A stretch of 64,000 nucleotides of DNA. Source: Sminthopsis crassicaudata. Lineage: Eukaryota. The DNA lies in NCBI RefSeq assembly GCF_048593235.1, contig NC_133619.1, forward strand, positions 62,572,454 through 62,636,453, written 5' to 3'. Below, in pieces: positions 62,876-64,000 of the stretch (positions are counted from its first letter, which is position 1; the number at the start of each line of letters is the position of its first letter). The notes below the pieces were generated by a model. That model saw nothing but the letters and a program-made list of their open reading frames with translations. It was not told the DNA's origin and did not search any database. The translations under genes and the position numbers were made by a program.

Positions 62876-64000
62876 GTGGGTATGAGAGCATCATGGAGAC
62901 TGCCCAGCTGGTGTGGTGCTGTTTTCCAGCTGTGGATCGGGATCTTCTGGGCAGAGAAGTGCTCGCTAGTACAAGGGAGGGTCTCTGGGACACCAGAGGT
63001 AAGAAAAGTAGCTAAAGAGAGGATTTTGGCACTTCTTGGGCAAGCAGATAGTGCTGATGGGCTCATTTGTCCTGTAATGGACTATCTCTGATGAACAAGA
63101 TGTGCGGTGAGAGGGAATGAGGTTCCAGGTAAATGATCAAAATACAATTGTACCATATCATGATCAATTGAAAAAACTGGGGGTGTTAAATTTGGAAAGA
63201 AGGAGACTTGGGGAAAGCATGATAGCTCATAGGATTTCAAGAGTTGGATGGCTTCAATGCTCATCTAGATAAGTCCATAGCTGTACCGGCCTTTGCCTAG
63301 AGATCTCAGGCAAGGGGGTAGCCCACTACCTTCCAAAGGAATGTTGCCTCCTCAGACAATTCCTTTGGGTGACCAAAACTTGCCTCTCCACAACGTGCAC
63401 CCATTTCCCTAAGTTCCATCATCTGGTTCCAAAAATTCTATTCCTCCTTCACATGACAATCCTTCAAACACTGGAAGATAGTTCTTATGTTCTCCCTGAG
63501 CCGTCTGTTCTTTAGCATAAACATTTCTTGTTTCTTCTGCCCATGATTCTAATAATGTCCATGATCTTGAGTTCAAGTATTACACACACACATCCCCCCA
63601 AAATCCAGACTTTCCTGGACTTACTAGTCAGCTAATAGTGAAAAGGCTGCTGCAGGAGCTAGTGGGTCCTAGTCTTTGGTCCTCTGCAAGAAAAGAGCAG
63701 GCAATTACCCAGAATAGCAGGGGGGTGGTGCTGTTCTGTTCAGATGAACAAAACCAGGTCAGTCTCCCTTCATGTCTTTATTATGGGCAATGGAGATGTT
63801 CATAACTATTCATCTACAAGGATTTCTATTAAGCATTTAATATGTGCTAAGTACCATGCTGTGCTCTGGGGAATAAAAAAAAAGCAAACAAAAAAAATAG
63901 ATCCCCTGTTCTCATTCTAAGGATAAGCTTCCCTTCTAAAGAGGACAGTATGTAAACAGCTCTGTACATACAAGGTATTTAGTATCTGTAAATGGGAGAG

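Overview
Eukaryotic, GC-rich, intron-containing genomic DNA from a marsupial, probably an Australian dasyurid. This is inferred from WSINE1/MAR1-like SINEs, marsupial L1 3' ends, an RTE LINE and a possum-like inhibin alpha. The window is syntenic with human 2q35. In order it holds the 5' half of SLC4A3/AE3 (minus, exons 1-13, running off the left edge), an ~18 kb repeat-rich spacer, complete STK11IP (minus, 24 coding exons, 1071 aa), complete INHA (minus, 2 exons, 362 aa), and the first seven exons of OBSL1 (plus, head-to-head with INHA, continuing past the window). Exon boundaries were worked out by hand; all are GT-AG and phase-consistent except OBSL1 exon 4. No CRISPR, rRNA or tRNA gene was seen, and I found no convincingly new biological system. 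The best second-look items are: a 5'-truncated L1 whose TSD encloses ~240 bp of extra 3' flank (3' transduction); a cardiac-type AE3 alternative first exon in intron 6; a decayed duplicate of the SLC4A3 exon 9 acceptor; two +1 C frameshifts in OBSL1 exon 4 (probably assembly error); homogenised OBSL1 Ig exons; an intronic 20-bp VNTR made of donor-like motifs; a deeply conserved GATA-SF1-CRE-GATA INHA promoter; and a decayed 7SL retrocopy. Comparisons to human or rodent sequences are from memory and need confirming by alignment.
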